Positions 1 through 10,481 of a stretch of DNA of 48,854 nt are shown one piece after another. The notes beneath the pieces were generated by a model. The model was not told where the DNA came from and searched no databases. It was given only the letters and a program-made list of their open reading frames with translations. This DNA comes from a virus (Duplodnaviria; Caudoviricetes): the IMG/VR virus record IMGVR_UViG_3300049828_000271, positions 1 through 48,854 of that record, one strand, 5' to 3'. A program made the translations under genes and the position numbers. Every line of letters begins with the position of its first letter. The stretch's first letter is position 1.

Positions 1-514
1 TGTTTTCGCCAGAAGACCCGAGGCACTTGAAGAATGTTTTCGTGTTTGCATTGATCAAACCTTCGTTCATCACGAAAATGTCTGATGTATTAGAACTAAC
101 TTCGCGAGTTACCGTAGCCGAGAAAGTGGTTACACCGTTCGATTTTTCGATGAAGACATTCGCAGAGCTATCGAAATTTCCACTCATTTCATTGATGGTC
201 AGAGTTCCGGTGGCTGAGACATAGGACTTGACGTTGGCAGTAAATGTAGGTGAAGTATTAGAAGTACCCTGATAGAAGTAGTCTGTCGCTGCTGCGGTAT
301 AAGTCGAGTTAGGTACAACAGTCAGAATCTTTTCCGAGTTAAGGACTATCTTGTTTCCCTTCTGGGCAAAACCATTCATGGCAATGTCGTCAAAGAAGAT
401 TCTTGCCATCTTGTGTGGTCGCAGATTATTCGCATCAAAGGCAATATCCTGCTTCCTCATATAAGGAATCAGGGTAGATTCACTCAAAATAGTCGTTTGT
501 GTTATGTCAGCCAT
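1..514 (-). CDS. Virion structural protein, C-terminal partner of the DUF4815/VrlC-like protein (partial, runs off window)
   Basis: Not in the ORF track. Reads MADITQTTILSESTLIPYMRKQDIAFDANNLRPHKMARIFFDD; the IPYMR..I.F....L.P....FFD motif is normally internal to DUF4815 proteins. Confidence 0.75.
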   Translation of the reverse strand, partial: MADITQTTILSESTLIPYMRKQDIAFDANNLRPHKMARIFFDDIAMNGFAQKGNKIVLNSEKILTVVPNSTYTAAATDYFYQGTSNTSPTFTANVKSYVSATGTLTINEMSGNFDSSANVFIEKSNGVTTFSATVTREVSSNTSDIFVMNEGLINANTKTFFKCLGSSGEN

Positions 515-524
515 TGCTTATACC

Positions 525-3500
525 TTATTTTAACCTGATATTGCCTTTGAGGGTACGTCCACCACCACCCGCAACTACTGGTGCGGTGTAAACTGGCAAC
601 GATGAACTTGGTGCCGGTGGTATTGGTGCAGGTGTAGTTCTATTCGTTAGAGTTAGAATCAATGCAATCTGGTCAAATACACTGAGTTGCGAATTGCGAA
701 GCGGTGGAGTGATGAAAGAGCCAGATGGAATCAATGGTGGTTGTGCCGGTGGTGCTAATGGAATATTTAGCGCAGTATTTGCAGCCGGTGGATCAACACC
801 GGGAGTCGTCGTAATAATTCCACCCGCATCCCTAGAAGGTGTTGGAACCGTTGGACTTGGAGGAGCCTCAACAACTCGTTCAGCCGCGCGTTCAGAATTG
901 TAAATCTGTCGAACACGATCATCAATTTCTGGTGCGCGAAGCACATCAGGCTTAAGAATTTCTGATACCCAGAAATCCATTTCAGGAGACAACACAACAT
1001 CACCAATAAACTGAGCAAACAAGAACGGTTGTACGGAAACTAGTTTGTTACTTGTAACGGGTTGTATAACCATAGGCTCTTCTGTAAAGTTCAAAGTGAC
1101 TGTACGATCATTCAATCTCAATCCAGTATTGCCGGTTAGCTTCATGCCAAACGGAACATTGTTGATCAATGGTCCCATTTCGCCAGAATCCATGGAACAA
1201 CTGAAATCTGGGTCTTTAAAATCTGCAATGTTGAAATTGTCGAATCCTTCACCGATGATACCGTATTTGTTCTTTTCAGTTCCATCTTCGTATTTCGTAG
1301 GATCACCCAAGGCTAATCCTTCGATGTTGTTGAGAGAAGTGTAGTATTCCAGAGACTCAACACGCTTGTCGATGCGCGATATATCCTTCATCGTATAGCG
1401 ACGATTTTCATTATACTTGAGTCGAATATCTTCGATAGAAGCGACGAATGGAGCGAGGTAAATTGTATACAAGGTCATTGCATCTTCACTATCATCCGGT
1501 GGGATTGGAGCAGGAGAAGCAACACCCTTTAGAATACGGAATTCCTTGTTCTTCGAAAGAACAAGTTTGTCGATTCGCGGCAGATAGTAGTCGAAGCTGA
1601 GTTCTGTGGCTGAATTAGGATCAGGAACGATTCCAGTGTCGAGCGTACCATCACTCAAACCAATGCGCCGAGTTGGACGGAAATCTAAGCAATCGCGCAA
1701 GAAATAAGCACCCGACTTATCGGAGAAGTAGACAGGAATTTGCCCATCTTCGTAAATGGATTGCTCATATGAATCCACCGAGAAGTAGGTTGCGCCTGCG
1801 GGATATGTGTGCTGATAGAAATCTACATGTACCGTGAGTCTTGCATTAGGGCTTGGATATCCCTGCTTAAGCGTGATCTTGGCATGTTCATAAGATTCTT
1901 CAGTATGCCCCAGATCAATGACGAAATGATCCGTAATGTCTTCGGCAATTTCAGCGGTTGCAACGTGAGTCGTGTTTCCCTTGAGAATCTTTCTCACTTT
2001 AACAACGTCTGGAACATATAGACTGATGCTGTCACCGGGGAAAATCTTAGTCATGTTTGGGTCTGTAATGAAAACCAGACCATTTGCAACGTTGATTTTC
2101 GCGACATTGCCTACGTTAGCAACGTTAATTGTGTACTCATTAGTCACTCCGCTATCCGTTGGATAGTTGAATGGAGTGGTGGTCAAATTTGGATTGCTGC
2201 GGAAAGTCTTTGTACGCTTACGAAGGTGTGCATCATTTTCTTTGACTAGAACGTATGCATCAACCTTAGTGACTGTAGATGGTAGTGTTACCACCAAGCT
2301 TCCAAGTCCTGTAGCAACTTCCGAAGAATTGAGTTTGACAATCGTACCATTAGCCAATACGCCACCAGAAGTTTCGCGAATGACTACGATCAGATTATCT
2401 TCCAGATTGCTATTGGTAATACTCCATCCAATCGACTCGTAAGATTCCAATGGTAGAGTAAAGACACCGGATGCACCAGTGGCTTGTACATACTTCCAAC
2501 TGTTGTAATCTACATTAACGAGTGATCCGCGCTTTACGGTACTCTGCGGTAGACGGAAAATCAATTGCTTGTCTGATGCTTCAAACAATTCTGTCGATCC
2601 ATCAATCAACAAAGATTGAATTGCAATGTTGGCATGAGCATTTGCCTTAGTTACGGCAGCGTTTGGTTTGATCCAAGATGCCAAGTCTGCAATGCTATAG
2701 TTCAACTGAATGACTGCATTGTTAGCAGGAACCGCACCATCGTCAAATGCACGATCTACTGTCGCAGTCTGTGTTGTTCCCGCGTAAGCGGTAATTTTAC
2801 GAGTTTGTCCGGTTACACTAGAAGAATTAGCAGTCTGAATTAGAACCTGTACATTTGGTGTGCTGCCGCCATTGTCGATTGTCTTAGTAAACGGTGTGTT
2901 AACATATAGGTAATTCGTGTTTACATTAACGACTTCGCGAGTTTCGTCACCGACACGGATAACATCACCCACATTTACTTTAGCTACGAATGGGGTTGAG
3001 TTGATTGTTGAGTTAGCATTGACGCGAGTAGAATTGATGAATATGTTGGCTGTATTCACATTTGCAACAGGAGTCAGTAGAACAGGTAGAACTGTAATCG
3101 TTGTGTTGACATAGGCACTTTCAGCACGACTTGCATACGTTGGAAACTTGACTGTAGTTGCTGTCGAACCGGTTGGAATGACCAACACCTTTGGCTGAAT
3201 GCTCATGTCAGTGAAATAGAAGTCAAAGACACCGTTAGAGTCTACGTTTGCTACACCATCCTGTGCTGCGATATCGCGACGAATAGCGCGAATTCTTGCA
3301 GTACCAATCTTAGTGTTTGCATAGAAAGAAGTATTAGCTGCCGCTGAAACGCCAATATTGACGTTGGCAACGTCGGTGCAATGCAAATCTACCGTGTCAA
3401 GTCCAGTTGTGTTAATGAAGGACGCTGCATTCGAACCCCACACGTTTTTGAACTTGAGGTAATTGCCATAAGAAGTATCGAAGTCAATGTCTACAATCGA

Positions 3501-4529
3501 ACGAGTGTCGATGCCATCAGTTCGTGGCTTTTCAGCTTCCATACGGACTTCACCAATGGTTTCGAATTCAAAGCCTTTAACATAGGCTTTACCCGGTTCG
3601 ATATTGATGATGTAGTTATTTGCTTCCTGCGACTCTGCAACTGATGCACGGAATGGGTTGATTGTATAGTCACCAGACTCATCGAAAGTGCGACGAGCTA
3701 GAGTCTTTTCAATTTCCGAATAGAGGGGATACTTGACTTGCTTCGTGATTGCACCGTTCTCAACTCGCATGAGTTCGAAGAACTTAGATTCGTCAACGGC
3801 TGTGTCCAGAGGACGGGTCGAAAGGGTTAGACCAAACTGGTAGCGATCTGCACCGGGAGCCTGATAGTTGAACGATTCTTGGGCTGGATCAAGTAGCGTC
3901 GAGTCGATTGCATAGTCGATGATTTCATCGGATACTTCAAGACCAATTTTGACGTTTGCGTTCTGACTGTAGGCTGCGACAACCGCAGTCTGTGGTGTGA
4001 CGGTGACAAAGTATCCGTCTACGTAGAAAATACCATCGTTGATGGATGCGACGGTTCCGTAGCCACTCGCAGCCGAAGATACGAGTTTGGCTCTAGTTGT
4101 GGTGCCTGCGACTCTGAATATATCACCGTCGTCAAAGTTAATACCCGAAATGTACTTGATCAAAAGAGTTGGAACACCACCAGAAGGGTAGTAAGAGGCT
4201 AAAACTTTTGCTTGAACTAGGGAGTCAGAATCGCGAAGAATGATCTTATCAAGAAAGAGGTCGAGTTCAACGTCTTCGTTATTGTAGGTTTCATCTAGCT
4301 TGATGTAAGTAATCGAATTGTCAAGAGCCAGATTGCCGCCAATGACAGGCGAACCATCCTGAAAGATATGGTCGCCAAAGGACTTGATCTGATTTTGCAG
4401 GATGGACTGAATTTGAGTCAGTTCGCGAGCCTGTACAGAAAACCCCGGCTTGAACAGAATCTTAAGGTAGTTATTATCCTTAGCGTTCTGTTGGAAGTCG
4501 TCGTTATATGGAGAAATGTTAAAGTCCAT
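525..4529 (-). CDS. DUF4815/VrlC-like large virion structural protein, N-terminal part
   Basis: N-terminus FNISPYNDDF...LFKPGFSVQARELTQIQSILQNQI, plus LARRTFDESGDY, YYLPRIDK and NRRYTMKDI motifs; follows gp8. Confidence 0.85.
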   Translation of the reverse strand: MDFNISPYNDDFQQNAKDNNYLKILFKPGFSVQARELTQIQSILQNQIKSFGDHIFQDGSPVIGGNLALDNSITYIKLDETYNNEDVELDLFLDKIILRDSDSLVQAKVLASYYPSGGVPTLLIKYISGINFDDGDIFRVAGTTTRAKLVSSAASGYGTVASINDGIFYVDGYFVTVTPQTAVVAAYSQNANVKIGLEVSDEIIDYAIDSTLLDPAQESFNYQAPGADRYQFGLTLSTRPLDTAVDESKFFELMRVENGAITKQVKYPLYSEIEKTLARRTFDESGDYTINPFRASVAESQEANNYIINIEPGKAYVKGFEFETIGEVRMEAEKPRTDGIDTRSIVDIDFDTSYGNYLKFKNVWGSNAASFINTTGLDTVDLHCTDVANVNIGVSAAANTSFYANTKIGTARIRAIRRDIAAQDGVANVDSNGVFDFYFTDMSIQPKVLVIPTGSTATTVKFPTYASRAESAYVNTTITVLPVLLTPVANVNTANIFINSTRVNANSTINSTPFVAKVNVGDVIRVGDETREVVNVNTNYLYVNTPFTKTIDNGGSTPNVQVLIQTANSSSVTGQTRKITAYAGTTQTATVDRAFDDGAVPANNAVIQLNYSIADLASWIKPNAAVTKANAHANIAIQSLLIDGSTELFEASDKQLIFRLPQSTVKRGSLVNVDYNSWKYVQATGASGVFTLPLESYESIGWSITNSNLEDNLIVVIRETSGGVLANGTIVKLNSSEVATGLGSLVVTLPSTVTKVDAYVLVKENDAHLRKRTKTFRSNPNLTTTPFNYPTDSGVTNEYTINVANVGNVAKINVANGLVFITDPNMTKIFPGDSISLYVPDVVKVRKILKGNTTHVATAEIAEDITDHFVIDLGHTEESYEHAKITLKQGYPSPNARLTVHVDFYQHTYPAGATYFSVDSYEQSIYEDGQIPVYFSDKSGAYFLRDCLDFRPTRRIGLSDGTLDTGIVPDPNSATELSFDYYLPRIDKLVLSKNKEFRILKGVASPAPIPPDDSEDAMTLYTIYLAPFVASIEDIRLKYNENRRYTMKDISRIDKRVESLEYYTSLNNIEGLALGDPTKYEDGTEKNKYGIIGEGFDNFNIADFKDPDFSCSMDSGEMGPLINNVPFGMKLTGNTGLRLNDRTVTLNFTEEPMVIQPVTSNKLVSVQPFLFAQFIGDVVLSPEMDFWVSEILKPDVLRAPEIDDRVRQIYNSERAAERVVEAPPSPTVPTPSRDAGGIITTTPGVDPPAANTALNIPLAPPAQPPLIPSGSFITPPLRNSQLSVFDQIALILTLTNRTTPAPIPPAPSSSLPVYTAPVVAGGGGRTLKGNIRLK

Positions 4530-4540
4530 TGCTTACTCTC

Positions 4541-6130
4541 TTAGAATGATAGAACGAGGCGAATTTGCTCGGTCTGGTCTACGTCACGAACAATTTTTGC
4601 TCTGTTCTCAATATATAGTACGTCACCGGTAAAGAGCTTTATATCCGGCTCTTCTACACCCAAAATAGCGGCTGTAGCGGTGCTACCGACAAGTGTGGCA
4701 CCCACGGTTGGAGTACCCCGAACATTGTTGATGAACAGTTCATTCAAAGTTGGATTCCAGTTAACCACAACTCCCGTCATGGATGCACTCTCTAAACTGG
4801 TCCCGATATAGACTACTTCATCGTTTACGTAATTTGATCCACCTGTAGACGTTACGCCAAGTTTGGTGGTGGTACGATAAACAGATTCAGTAGCATAGTC
4901 ACTGTTGGCTAGTAATGGATCACGAAGGAGGGAAATCTGACGAAAATCGAATGGATATGAACCTCCACCCACAGGAATTAGATCACCCTCAGTGCCTTCA
5001 AAGGTCACAACGGTCATAATTGAATAACATCCAAGCTCTTTAGCCGGATTTGATCCGTGTCCTCCGGGTGGAGAAATCTCAACAGAGAGAATAGCGATGT
5101 TGCCAGTAGCCAATTGATCTGAATCGTTAACGGTTACGTTGGCATAGGTGTATCCACTTCCGCCATTGATGATATTTAGGTCAATAATAACACCCGATTG
5201 AACCTCTGCCGTGATAGACGCACCTTCACCGTCGCCGGTTACTGTAATGATTGACAAGGAATTAGAGTTACCACTTTCACCGTTATTCAGGAAGTAACCA
5301 GAACCACCGTCTTCAATGTTGTAAGTGTCGATACGTCCATCGACTGCGCCTGCTATCACGGAGTTATCCGAGTTGACTGGCATCCAGTTATTCGTAAAGA
5401 ATTTCTGTTTCAAACCATATGGAATGGTGTATAGGTACTTCCACTTATAGCCATCGCCAGTTAGAATATATGGATTCTCTGGGAGTTGTCCATCAATGTC
5501 AATAGTTGGTTCGATTGTCGAAGGAGCATTGATATTGTTGAACAGGCATTTAAAAACCTGATCTTTTGAGTTCCGGCAATAGAAATTGTTCGCAAAGAAT
5601 GGATATTTGTCATCTACTCTGAAAACATCCCCATTAGTAACATCGTAGGTGAATACGCTATTGACGATCAAATGTGTGGTGTTGACTCCGATAACCTGTC
5701 TAGTCTCGGAATTCAGGCTAACTGTGTTGCCGATACTGATGTTGCCAGAAAATACTGCGGTATTCGCAACTACAGTGTTACCGGTTGCATTTGCAGTACC
5801 GACATAAAGGGTGTCTATGTGGGAAAATAGCTGAATGTGGTCGTGGTATTCATCGTAGGTTGTATTAGTGACCCAATCAACGCGAGGAACTACCAGTGCA
5901 GTGTCAGCCGATTCTACCTTTTTCATTGCCATCATGTCTCGGAAGACTTGATTGACTGAATCTGTGGTATAAACAACATTTTCAATTTCGTCAGAGGTTT
6001 CAGTGTCGTCCCCACCCCAACGAATAGGACGACCAATCGCAACATAGGTGTTGGCGGCAACAGGAAACATATCCGCTTTTATGAAGTTTACAATTTCATA
6101 TTTCAACAGTGGAGTGATTGATGCTTTCAT
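4541..6130 (-). CDS. gp8: Baseplate wedge subunit gp8
   Basis: VVPRVDW, VFKCLFN, DGYKWKYLYTI, PPGGHGSNPAKELG, DFRQISLLRDP and GDVLYIENR..I.R...Q.E.I.LVL.F motifs. Confidence 0.9.
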   Translation of the reverse strand: MKASITPLLKYEIVNFIKADMFPVAANTYVAIGRPIRWGGDDTETSDEIENVVYTTDSVNQVFRDMMAMKKVESADTALVVPRVDWVTNTTYDEYHDHIQLFSHIDTLYVGTANATGNTVVANTAVFSGNISIGNTVSLNSETRQVIGVNTTHLIVNSVFTYDVTNGDVFRVDDKYPFFANNFYCRNSKDQVFKCLFNNINAPSTIEPTIDIDGQLPENPYILTGDGYKWKYLYTIPYGLKQKFFTNNWMPVNSDNSVIAGAVDGRIDTYNIEDGGSGYFLNNGESGNSNSLSIITVTGDGEGASITAEVQSGVIIDLNIINGGSGYTYANVTVNDSDQLATGNIAILSVEISPPGGHGSNPAKELGCYSIMTVVTFEGTEGDLIPVGGGSYPFDFRQISLLRDPLLANSDYATESVYRTTTKLGVTSTGGSNYVNDEVVYIGTSLESASMTGVVVNWNPTLNELFINNVRGTPTVGATLVGSTATAAILGVEEPDIKLFTGDVLYIENRAKIVRDVDQTEQIRLVLSF

Positions 6131-9100
6131 TATTCCGTTACCTTGATAATTGTATATGCCGTTTCAGATGTGAAGTCAGGAACCACCTGATAAACTAGAG
6201 TAGAGTTGGTGGTGTTTGCGTTGTTATTTAGGGTCAATGTATTACCACTTCCCACTGTAACCTGATAAGTTTCGACGTTTCCGACGTTAATTCTAACGGT
6301 ATCTCCGGTAGAGATAAAGTCTCCAATAGCATTGGTATTTCCAGTAATGTATACGGTGGCATTGTTGGCATTCGTCGTGAGTCTACCTTGCCCAACATAT
6401 ATGAAATTAGATTCGACTCGCAGAGAATCTTCGGATTCTATAAATGTGATAGTCTTGGCTTGAGAACGCAATGGATGAACAGTATCCTCAATCAGTAACA
6501 TATCTCCGATGCTTGCAGTCGAATCAAACAAGGTATTTGAACCAGTGACTACCTTATTGTACGAATTGGAAACGTGTACCGTTGCGTTGGCATTAACAAA
6601 CGGAATGGTGGAAGAGATGGAATCTGAAACAATCGTTTCAGCAAGTTCAGATTTCGAAATTGTGCGACCTAGCATTATCATTCCGATTGGATGGACAATA
6701 TCCTTCATTGACGCTGCATACTGTGAAAGAGATTTCTCAGACTCAACCACATAAGAATAATTGTGATAAGTCTTTTCGTCCTGAATCTTCTTGTCCGACG
6801 ACAGGAATCCGTCCGTGTTGATATAGAATCCGTTGAACTTGATCAAACCATTATAGAAGTCTGCGACACCCTTAGCCTTTCCATTACCATAGAACCATGG
6901 GTTAGGAAGTCCGGTTGCCTTGACTGCTTCTGGATATGCGTCAGGTGCAGGCACTTTTGCGGCAGTGTTGACTGAAAAGATAACGCCGCGAGTCGATGTA
7001 AATGCAATCGAAGGTTGGAAGCTTTCGAAAGAGTTACCAGAATAATTGAATAGTCGAAGTAGATTATCGCTTCGATTGTAGGACTTGACGATACCTTGGA
7101 ACGATGCTGTTGCCAACGTATCACCTTGATAGACTCTATCTCCTTCATTGATGGATTCATTATCCGCGATGCCATCAATGATCATGTCTACAACTTTCAA
7201 GGATATGATTGGTGTAATCGTGTAACCAGAGCCGCGATATATCATGCGAATATCTTTTACTCGACCGATAGCACCCGTTTCAATACCCACAGAAACACCC
7301 TCACCAAAACCATATGGGGTGAGAGAAGCGTTAATACCGTTTGCAGACGTTACACTAGCACTAATAGAACCATAGTAACCCTCACCCCTATTGCTGATTG
7401 TGGTACCAACAATGGCTCCGTTTGCACCTACAATGACATTACCAGTAAAACCATAACCAGAACCCCCTACAATGATTGCATCTCCGTTTGCATATCCACT
7501 GCCACCGGCAGAAACATAAACGTGGGCAATTTGCCCCGTTGAATTGATGATCTGTTGAGTGTTTGCGTGTTCTGGGGTGCCGTAAGCGTAATTTTCTGAA
7601 AGATAGGTGTCGCGATAAGACTTGGTTTCGACGGTAGGTGTTGTACGGAAACCATAGCCGCCATTGATGATGTTGTATAGGGAGATACCGCCTGTTTCGA
7701 TAGGCACAAAACTTAGAGCAGAGCAAATGGCAGAGTTAGCATTAACATCCATTTGAGTGTCAAGAACCGCATCAATGGTGTAATTCTGTGTACTAGTAAC
7801 CGTACTGATCAGATTACCTACTAGAATGGTGAGAGGCTTTGAGTTTGCAACAGCATAAAAAGCAACGGTAGCTGGTCCACCAGTCCATCCGGTATTTGCC
7901 GTCAGAATTTTGCCAGTGATGTTAGCCGTTTCGAAGCTTCCGTTTGAGTCAGCGTACCAGTCTTCAAACTGATGCCACTTATCCGTTCCGCTTCCCGGTG
8001 TTCCGTTTAGAGTAACGCTTACGTTTCTCACGTTAGAAGAGAATAACGCCCAATCACCTGTATTAGAAAGAGTTAGATCGGATGCATATCCGATTGGCAT
8101 TTTATCCACGATGATTGTTTCGACAAATCTAGCATTGGTATTGGTAAAAGCATTTGCTGTGGTAATACCTGTTACACGTATATCGGTCGATTGGTTTGCA
8201 CTAGGGTCATCACCAATCGACCGATATACTGTAACTTGCGTATTAGAAAATGTGCGATATCCATAACCGGGAAACGTAACGTAGAGTCCTTCGATACTAC
8301 CCTGCGAAACGTTTCCCACAACCGCAATAGCCTCATTGGTAGGAGGATCGACAGTGATGGATGGAATTGATCCCGGTGTTGTTGTCTGTCCATAGAGAAT
8401 CTTGATGGACAAAGATTGTGTATCACTTGAAACACCGTTTGTACAACCAACCGTGAAGACGAAAGTTCCCGCAACCGTTGGAATTCCTGAAATTTCTCCC
8501 GACGTACCATTCAATGACAGCCCTGTTGGTAGAATACCAGATACCATATACCATGAAGTTACTTCACCGTCTGCCGTCAACTGTCCAGTGTAGCCACCAT
8601 TTCTGAGTCCTTCTGGCAATGCCAATGTGGTCATGGTGACAGTTGTACCATTAGCCACGTACACGTTAACGACACTATTGTACTGAACCAATCTACCTGC
8701 AACTGGATCAGTCGAAATTACATATCCGCTAGGAACTGTTGGACTGGATTCTTCTATGATATTTGTCGTGAGACTTGCAATGCCCGTAATCGTGGAAATT
8801 GCAGTAGCCTGTATGTTTCCAACTACGTTAGGAACACGATCACCCACTTGAATAGTGACGGTTTCAACATATGTTGATCCATACAAATCCATCCATTGAA
8901 TTTGAGTGTCAGTAGAACCATAGACAGTAGGAGTTCCGCTCAGAATGGAAGTAGAAACACTAAGTCCTGATGGTAGAGCGTCCAGTGCCGTAACAGTTAC
9001 CGGATCACCTTCTGGGTCTGGGACGTATACTGTCAAATCTACAGGGTCGAGGGTTATGTCTTTCTGATACAACAGAGGTTCATTAAAGGCTGTACCAGAA

Positions 9101-10470
9101 GGACCATAGTTATTGAAAACTAGAGTTCCTGCACCGAAGTATGCGCCAACCGAGTAATCATAAACGTTTACGTCAATGAACTGTCTAAATTCAACTCCAC
9201 CTGAATTATAGCTGACAGTACCATCATCAGCACAGACAACAGGATATGAATCTGGTGTAGTTACTTGATCAATGACGACAGTATCAGCAACGTCTGCACC
9301 TGTTCCAAAGAAAGGTGATGTTGGGTCTACGCTTGCGAGTGTAGAAAATGCTTTTCCTGTTGGTGGATTTAGATACTGACTTGCAAGTGTAATGCGCGAC
9401 GAGTCACCACCGGCTGAGTTCAACACAAAATACAAGTCGTATCGTGGAAACGCAGGATTGTCTGATACCGTTAGAACTAGTGTGTCTGCAACCGATACTG
9501 CCTTGTTAGCACTAGCCTTTGCAGTATTTCCATTACCATCTTGTCCAGCCTTGATCTGTGCAATAGACGGCGCAGTGCTTCCTGCAAGAACTGCAACGGC
9601 AAAAGCATTACAACTCTGGTTTGGCGTGAAACTAGCAGTGTACGAAGTATTAGTCTTACTTGTTACCGTTGGCGCAACCGTAAACGTAGGTGGAGAAGAG
9701 GTCGTCAGGAATTGCCATGGGTCTGAGTACAAACTACTCATGAATGCATTATCCCACGCAGCATAGTTGTTGATGTAAACCATTGCTGCCAAAACCTTGA
9801 AGTTGGCAGGAGCAGAATATGGTACGCTGTTTGGCAAAGTGCCGATACCATATCTGTTTGGATTGTTCGCAGTTGTCGTTGGATAGTCTAGTGCCGTACC
9901 CGTAGTTTCCTGCCAACCTACATCAGTATTGGATACAGCCGCAAGAGTTCCATCTTCGAACTTTCCGGCAAAAAGTCTCCACGTTCTATCATAAGAGCCT
10001 TGATTGGTGTTTACGGCAAAAGCGTTTACGTTATCATGAGCGTAAGAATCGAAATCCAAACTTGGATCGGCAAATTGTGGCTGTCCGCGAATAGCGTATC
10101 TAGGATAGCTATAACTAGAGTAGGCTGCACCCATCATGTATTCGTTGGCAGGACCAGTTGTGTTTGTGGATGCTCCAATTAAAACCAACAATAAAGAGTT
10201 TGCAGCTTCCCAAGTGTGGGTGTTGCTCATGGCAATTTGCTGCAACCCACCTACATTGGCTGTAGTGATGATCGTTCCTAATGCATTAGATGCCCATAAG
10301 TTTGCACTCGCAACACCGTTCTCATAAAGAACCATGTCGATTTTTGTGGCTGACTTTCCCTTGTCCTGAGATATCGTGCCAGTATTTTCATCGAACATCC
10401 ATAAGTGGTCTGGACATTTTGCATGTCCAGTGACGACTGAGTATGATGTTGGTTTTGTTGTAATTGCCAT
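6130..10470 (-). CDS. Fusion of LamG-like, Ig-like, PASTA and He_PIG domains to the C-terminal part of baseplate wedge gp7
   Basis: About 6130-8345 carries GxGY repeats and the gp7-type DGFLSSDKKIQD..YHNYSYVV.S...VHPIGM motif. PASTA at about 8653-8836; He_PIG motif GILPTGLSLNGTSGEISGIPT. Confidence 0.8.
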   Translation of the reverse strand: MAITTKPTSYSVVTGHAKCPDHLWMFDENTGTISQDKGKSATKIDMVLYENGVASANLWASNALGTIITTANVGGLQQIAMSNTHTWEAANSLLLVLIGASTNTTGPANEYMMGAAYSSYSYPRYAIRGQPQFADPSLDFDSYAHDNVNAFAVNTNQGSYDRTWRLFAGKFEDGTLAAVSNTDVGWQETTGTALDYPTTTANNPNRYGIGTLPNSVPYSAPANFKVLAAMVYINNYAAWDNAFMSSLYSDPWQFLTTSSPPTFTVAPTVTSKTNTSYTASFTPNQSCNAFAVAVLAGSTAPSIAQIKAGQDGNGNTAKASANKAVSVADTLVLTVSDNPAFPRYDLYFVLNSAGGDSSRITLASQYLNPPTGKAFSTLASVDPTSPFFGTGADVADTVVIDQVTTPDSYPVVCADDGTVSYNSGGVEFRQFIDVNVYDYSVGAYFGAGTLVFNNYGPSGTAFNEPLLYQKDITLDPVDLTVYVPDPEGDPVTVTALDALPSGLSVSTSILSGTPTVYGSTDTQIQWMDLYGSTYVETVTIQVGDRVPNVVGNIQATAISTITGIASLTTNIIEESSPTVPSGYVISTDPVAGRLVQYNSVVNVYVANGTTVTMTTLALPEGLRNGGYTGQLTADGEVTSWYMVSGILPTGLSLNGTSGEISGIPTVAGTFVFTVGCTNGVSSDTQSLSIKILYGQTTTPGSIPSITVDPPTNEAIAVVGNVSQGSIEGLYVTFPGYGYRTFSNTQVTVYRSIGDDPSANQSTDIRVTGITTANAFTNTNARFVETIIVDKMPIGYASDLTLSNTGDWALFSSNVRNVSVTLNGTPGSGTDKWHQFEDWYADSNGSFETANITGKILTANTGWTGGPATVAFYAVANSKPLTILVGNLISTVTSTQNYTIDAVLDTQMDVNANSAICSALSFVPIETGGISLYNIINGGYGFRTTPTVETKSYRDTYLSENYAYGTPEHANTQQIINSTGQIAHVYVSAGGSGYANGDAIIVGGSGYGFTGNVIVGANGAIVGTTISNRGEGYYGSISASVTSANGINASLTPYGFGEGVSVGIETGAIGRVKDIRMIYRGSGYTITPIISLKVVDMIIDGIADNESINEGDRVYQGDTLATASFQGIVKSYNRSDNLLRLFNYSGNSFESFQPSIAFTSTRGVIFSVNTAAKVPAPDAYPEAVKATGLPNPWFYGNGKAKGVADFYNGLIKFNGFYINTDGFLSSDKKIQDEKTYHNYSYVVESEKSLSQYAASMKDIVHPIGMIMLGRTISKSELAETIVSDSISSTIPFVNANATVHVSNSYNKVVTGSNTLFDSTASIGDMLLIEDTVHPLRSQAKTITFIESEDSLRVESNFIYVGQGRLTTNANNATVYITGNTNAIGDFISTGDTVRINVGNVETYQVTVGSGNTLTLNNNANTTNSTLVYQVVPDFTSETAYTIIKVTE

Positions 10471-10481
10471 TATTCTTTATC

